NCBI RefSeq assembly: GCF_001194135.2
Contig: NC_068982.1
Location: 85,052,409 to 85,116,408, forward strand
Length of the DNA stretch: 64,000 nucleotides
Direction of reading: 5' to 3'
From: Octopus bimaculoides
Lineage: Eukaryota
Below the pieces are notes generated by a model that saw only the letters and a list, made by a program, of their open reading frames with translations, ran no database searches and was not told where the DNA came from. Positions 60,993 to 64,000 of this stretch are shown here, in pieces. A program made the translations under genes and the position numbers. Each line of letters opens with the position of its first letter. Positions within the stretch are counted from its first letter, which is position 1.

Positions 60993-63579
60993 AATGTGCA
61001 TTCTGCAAGGTTGCAGTATGTAACATGGGAAGTTTTATGATTTTCCATGATAGAAATATTGTGTGAATATTGTACATATGTATGATTAGATTGTATAAAT
61101 ATTTTTCAAATTTACTTCGTTTTTACTTTTTATCTAATTGTAATTTTAATTTACCTGTAAGGTGAGTGACAAGTTTTGACTTAATTTTTTCTATTGTAAA
61201 TTTTTATTATATAGGTTCTTGTGTATTCATGTATGTGTATGAGTATATTTAATTTAGTTGATGTATTTAATTTTCTCATTTTCTTCAAAAACAAATTCCA
61301 GTATTTCAATTTATTTTACCTTTATGGTACACCTGTTCTTCTGTGTATTAAATTCAACTGATAATCTCATGATGTGCACAATTATTCTATATTAAAATTT
61401 CGTTGCATACCCAATTGCACATTAGCTGATGACTCATTTTCTATGGTGATGTTTAAATAAAATTTAAATATTTTTATATTTTGCTGAATTTACCTGTAAT
61501 TAGAGTCACTTTGAGACAAAAGTTATGCAACAGAATTGATTAAAAACCCTTTCTTCAATTCTGTTCCAAATATCACGTTAATATGTTGATAAGTAAAAAA
61601 GTTACAGTTGTTAAATGAAACTAGTCTAAATTCATGATTATTTAAAAATTTAATTGAAACTCATGAGGGGTGTATTTTGGTCAGAAATATAGTAACGGAA
61701 GGGATTAAAGTTAATTTTGCAAAGTTGAGAGTTCTAGTAAACAGGAAAACAGACAGGACTCTACACATTTTAGATAAATGGTCCTGCTTAATATGTAAGA
61801 AAGGTGTAAGCAGGAATTCCATATGGTGTACCCAGTGCAAGTAATGGATACACAACAGACAGTGGAATCATGAGAAAATCATGTTTATGTGTAGTAGATG
61901 TGTAGGAACAATAGGATACAGGAGAAATAGATACTCTCAAATACCCTGGAGGATTTCTGGAGATAGTGGATAATTTTTGTTACCAAGGTAACTAAATTAA
62001 CAATGGAGAAGGATATTCTGAAAGTATAGTGACTAGAATAAGAATAGGATGGAGAAAGTACAGAGAGCTATTACCTCTGTTGGCAGCAAAATGTCTCTTT
62101 CTCTCTCTCCGCCCTCTCTCTCTGAGTGGAAGGCAGATTGTATGCTTATGTACAAACAACAATGTTACATGTTACTGAGATATAGACCCTAAATGCAGAC
62201 TAGTGAGAAGTGAAGTTAGTATGTTCCACAAGATGTGCACTATCAGTGTGCATGTACAAAGAAGTGATAATATACTGAGATAAAGCATAAGAAGAATCAA
62301 GTGTGGTGTGCAGGAGAGAAGACTGTGTTGGTTTGGTCATGTGATGCATATGGATGAGGACAACTGTTGAAAAAAAGTTCCGATTTCTTACAGCAGAGGG
62401 AACTTGTAGAAGACCCAGAAAGACAATGGACAAAGTAGTAAAGGCTGATCTCAAGATGTTGAACTTCACAGAATAAATGACAAAGGACAGAAACAAATGG
62501 CAATTAGGTGTGCTTGAAAAGACTTGTCCCTCACAGAAAATATGAGGTCCTAAAACATTTTGTTCAAGCTTGTACATGCTTGACACTTTCCTACACCCAT
62601 ACTGACTCATCAAGCATTTCGAACATCTCACCTCCCTATACATCTACTCTCTCCAACATCTATCCCTCCTAGGCATATATTACAACCCCTAACTCTTTGC
62701 AGTTACTGCTTTTCCCCACATCCATCCCTCGTTCTCATTATCATCCCTTCTCACATGCTTCCAGCTATTCTGCCCCTTCCGCTGCCATACTTAATCTTAA
62801 CACCCTTCACATCTGCTATCATTCCCAGCACCCTCTCATGTCTTCCACCATGCCCACTCACTCTAGCTTCACCTTATATACCTTTACATTTCCTTCCCCA
62901 CTGCTTCTATGTCTTGCTCATCATCTTCTACTTCCTAAATTATGATCCCTAAACCACTCCTATCTCTCTCATCTTACCCTGCATCATACTGATATTTCCC
63001 ATCAAAATGCACCTCCACTCATGTTCATCTCGCTACATTCACTCCTAACCCCATTTTAAAACAACTGTTACTTTCCCCTCACACTCATATAACCACCTCA
63101 CTGCTCTGAAGTCATGTATATAAATGCTCTGAAGTCATGTAACTTCTGCATAAAGCATGTAACCCTGGCATAAAGCAACCTCTACCACCTATCAAACACT
63201 CAACCCTCATAGTCAAGAGGGCTTTTTCCTTTTTTTCCATATTCTTGTTCTTTCTTGTCTTGCAGGTTACTTGACAAGTTCACTTGAGCAGTGGCATGAA
63301 AAAAGAAAAAGCACGCAATACACACTGTAAAGTGGTTGGGATTAGGAAAGGCATCCAGCCAGAGAAACTATACCAAAGCTAATTTGAAACAAAATGGAGC
63401 TCTGTTTGATTTATACTTTTTGATCAATAAGAGCATTTACACACCAAATACACACTATTCAAAAACACCTTCCCCAAACATTTTTTAAAAAAATATTTTT
63501 TAAGTCGTTAATAGCTTTAAAAAAAATCTTCCTTTAAATATTTTAACTGTATTTAGTATTTTTGCAAAAACTTAAGCAT

Positions 63580-63907
63580 ATAGGCATAGCCATAGATGGT
63601 GAAGTAAAAAGCTTGCTTCCCAACCACATGGTTCTGTGTTCAGTCCCACTGTGTGGCACCTTGGGTAAGTGTCTTCTACTATAGCCTCAGGTTGATCAAA
63701 ACCTTGTGATCATATCCATCTGCCATATCCACATATGGCAGATGGAAACTGAAAGAAGCCCACTGTGTGTGTGTGTGTGTGTGTACGTGAGAATGTTGCC
63801 ATCTCTTTGCCTTGACAGAATGTGACAGTTGCAAGTGAGTATTACCATCATGCAAGGAGTCCCTTGTTTCAAATTTTTCATGGAAACAGGTCTGGTCAAG
63901 GGGAAAG

Positions 63908-63982
<75 letters not shown>

Positions 63983-64000
63983 TCCCCCACCACTGCTTCA
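63580..64000 (+). mobile_element. CORE-type tRNA-derived SINE with (TG)n tracts (runs off window)
   Basis: aagcttgcttcccaaccacatggttctgtgttcagtcccactgtgtggcaccttgggtaagtgtcttc; same family as 55965. Confidence 0.8.

Larger units (their letters stand above)
58822..61704 (+). mobile_element. piggyBac (PGBD4-like) transposon, decayed transposase
   Basis: TTAA at 58818-21 and 61705-08, with related termini accttttgatac / tcccttccgttac. Motifs: MSRIRFVKLNQYLHV, DPLFKIRPLID, LSVDEGMVGYKGR, MPEKPMKW, FFDRFFSSVKL; Cys-rich C-terminus. Confidence 0.92.
56700..63385 (+). mobile_element. Decayed RTE-clade LINE interrupted by piggyBac (RTE parts 56700-58821 and 61705-63385)
   Basis: TIMASDFNGDTG...RNEVGTKLLEFCDAND (APE) and RT remnants. 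The gaatcaaagagcc-TTAA|...|TTAA-agttaattttgc junction rejoins. CT-rich 3' UTR and tail. Confidence 0.85.

Noticed and set aside
38926-64000. Additional upstream MAP3K4 exons or a second host gene
   Set aside because: All coding-like segments examined resolved to TE proteins. An exon could still be hidden in gaps or missed by eye.

Overview
This is eukaryotic, AT-rich, transposon-dense DNA with several N gaps. The repeat landscape (RTE LINEs, CORE-type tRNA SINEs, Penelope-like elements, piggyBac, AAT microsatellites) suggests a coleoid cephalopod, probably Octopus; that assignment is inference. The only host gene I can support is six phase-compatible GT-AG exons on the minus strand (38925-38768, 36506-36237, 32283-32184, 26653-26570, 26151-25885, 24445-24296; 1029 nt, 343 codons, no stops). 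They encode part of the N-terminal regulatory region of a MAP3K4/MEKK4 ortholog. No further exons were found, so the flanking ~24-25 kb on each side is probably intron. Nearly everything else is decayed or nested mobile DNA: RTE, R4/Dong-like, CR1/L2, Penelope-like, two Ty3/Gypsy, mariner, two piggyBac, hAT, Helitron/Helentron and SINEs. The main hunt result is a set of unrelated repeat families carrying minimal type-I hammerhead ribozyme motifs with palindromic stem III. The clearest is a 344-bp tandem and inverted repeat (26745-27650) with an intact core and GUC site, which looks like a non-LTR retrozyme. Others are a tRNA-headed SINE with a hammerhead tail and a 426-bp direct-repeat unit. 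Also notable are a hammerhead-like motif in scrambled order and a 5S rRNA-SINE chimera with a 17-bp TSD. All alignments and folds were done by eye, homology calls come from remembered family motifs rather than database searches, and boundaries of decayed elements are approximate.
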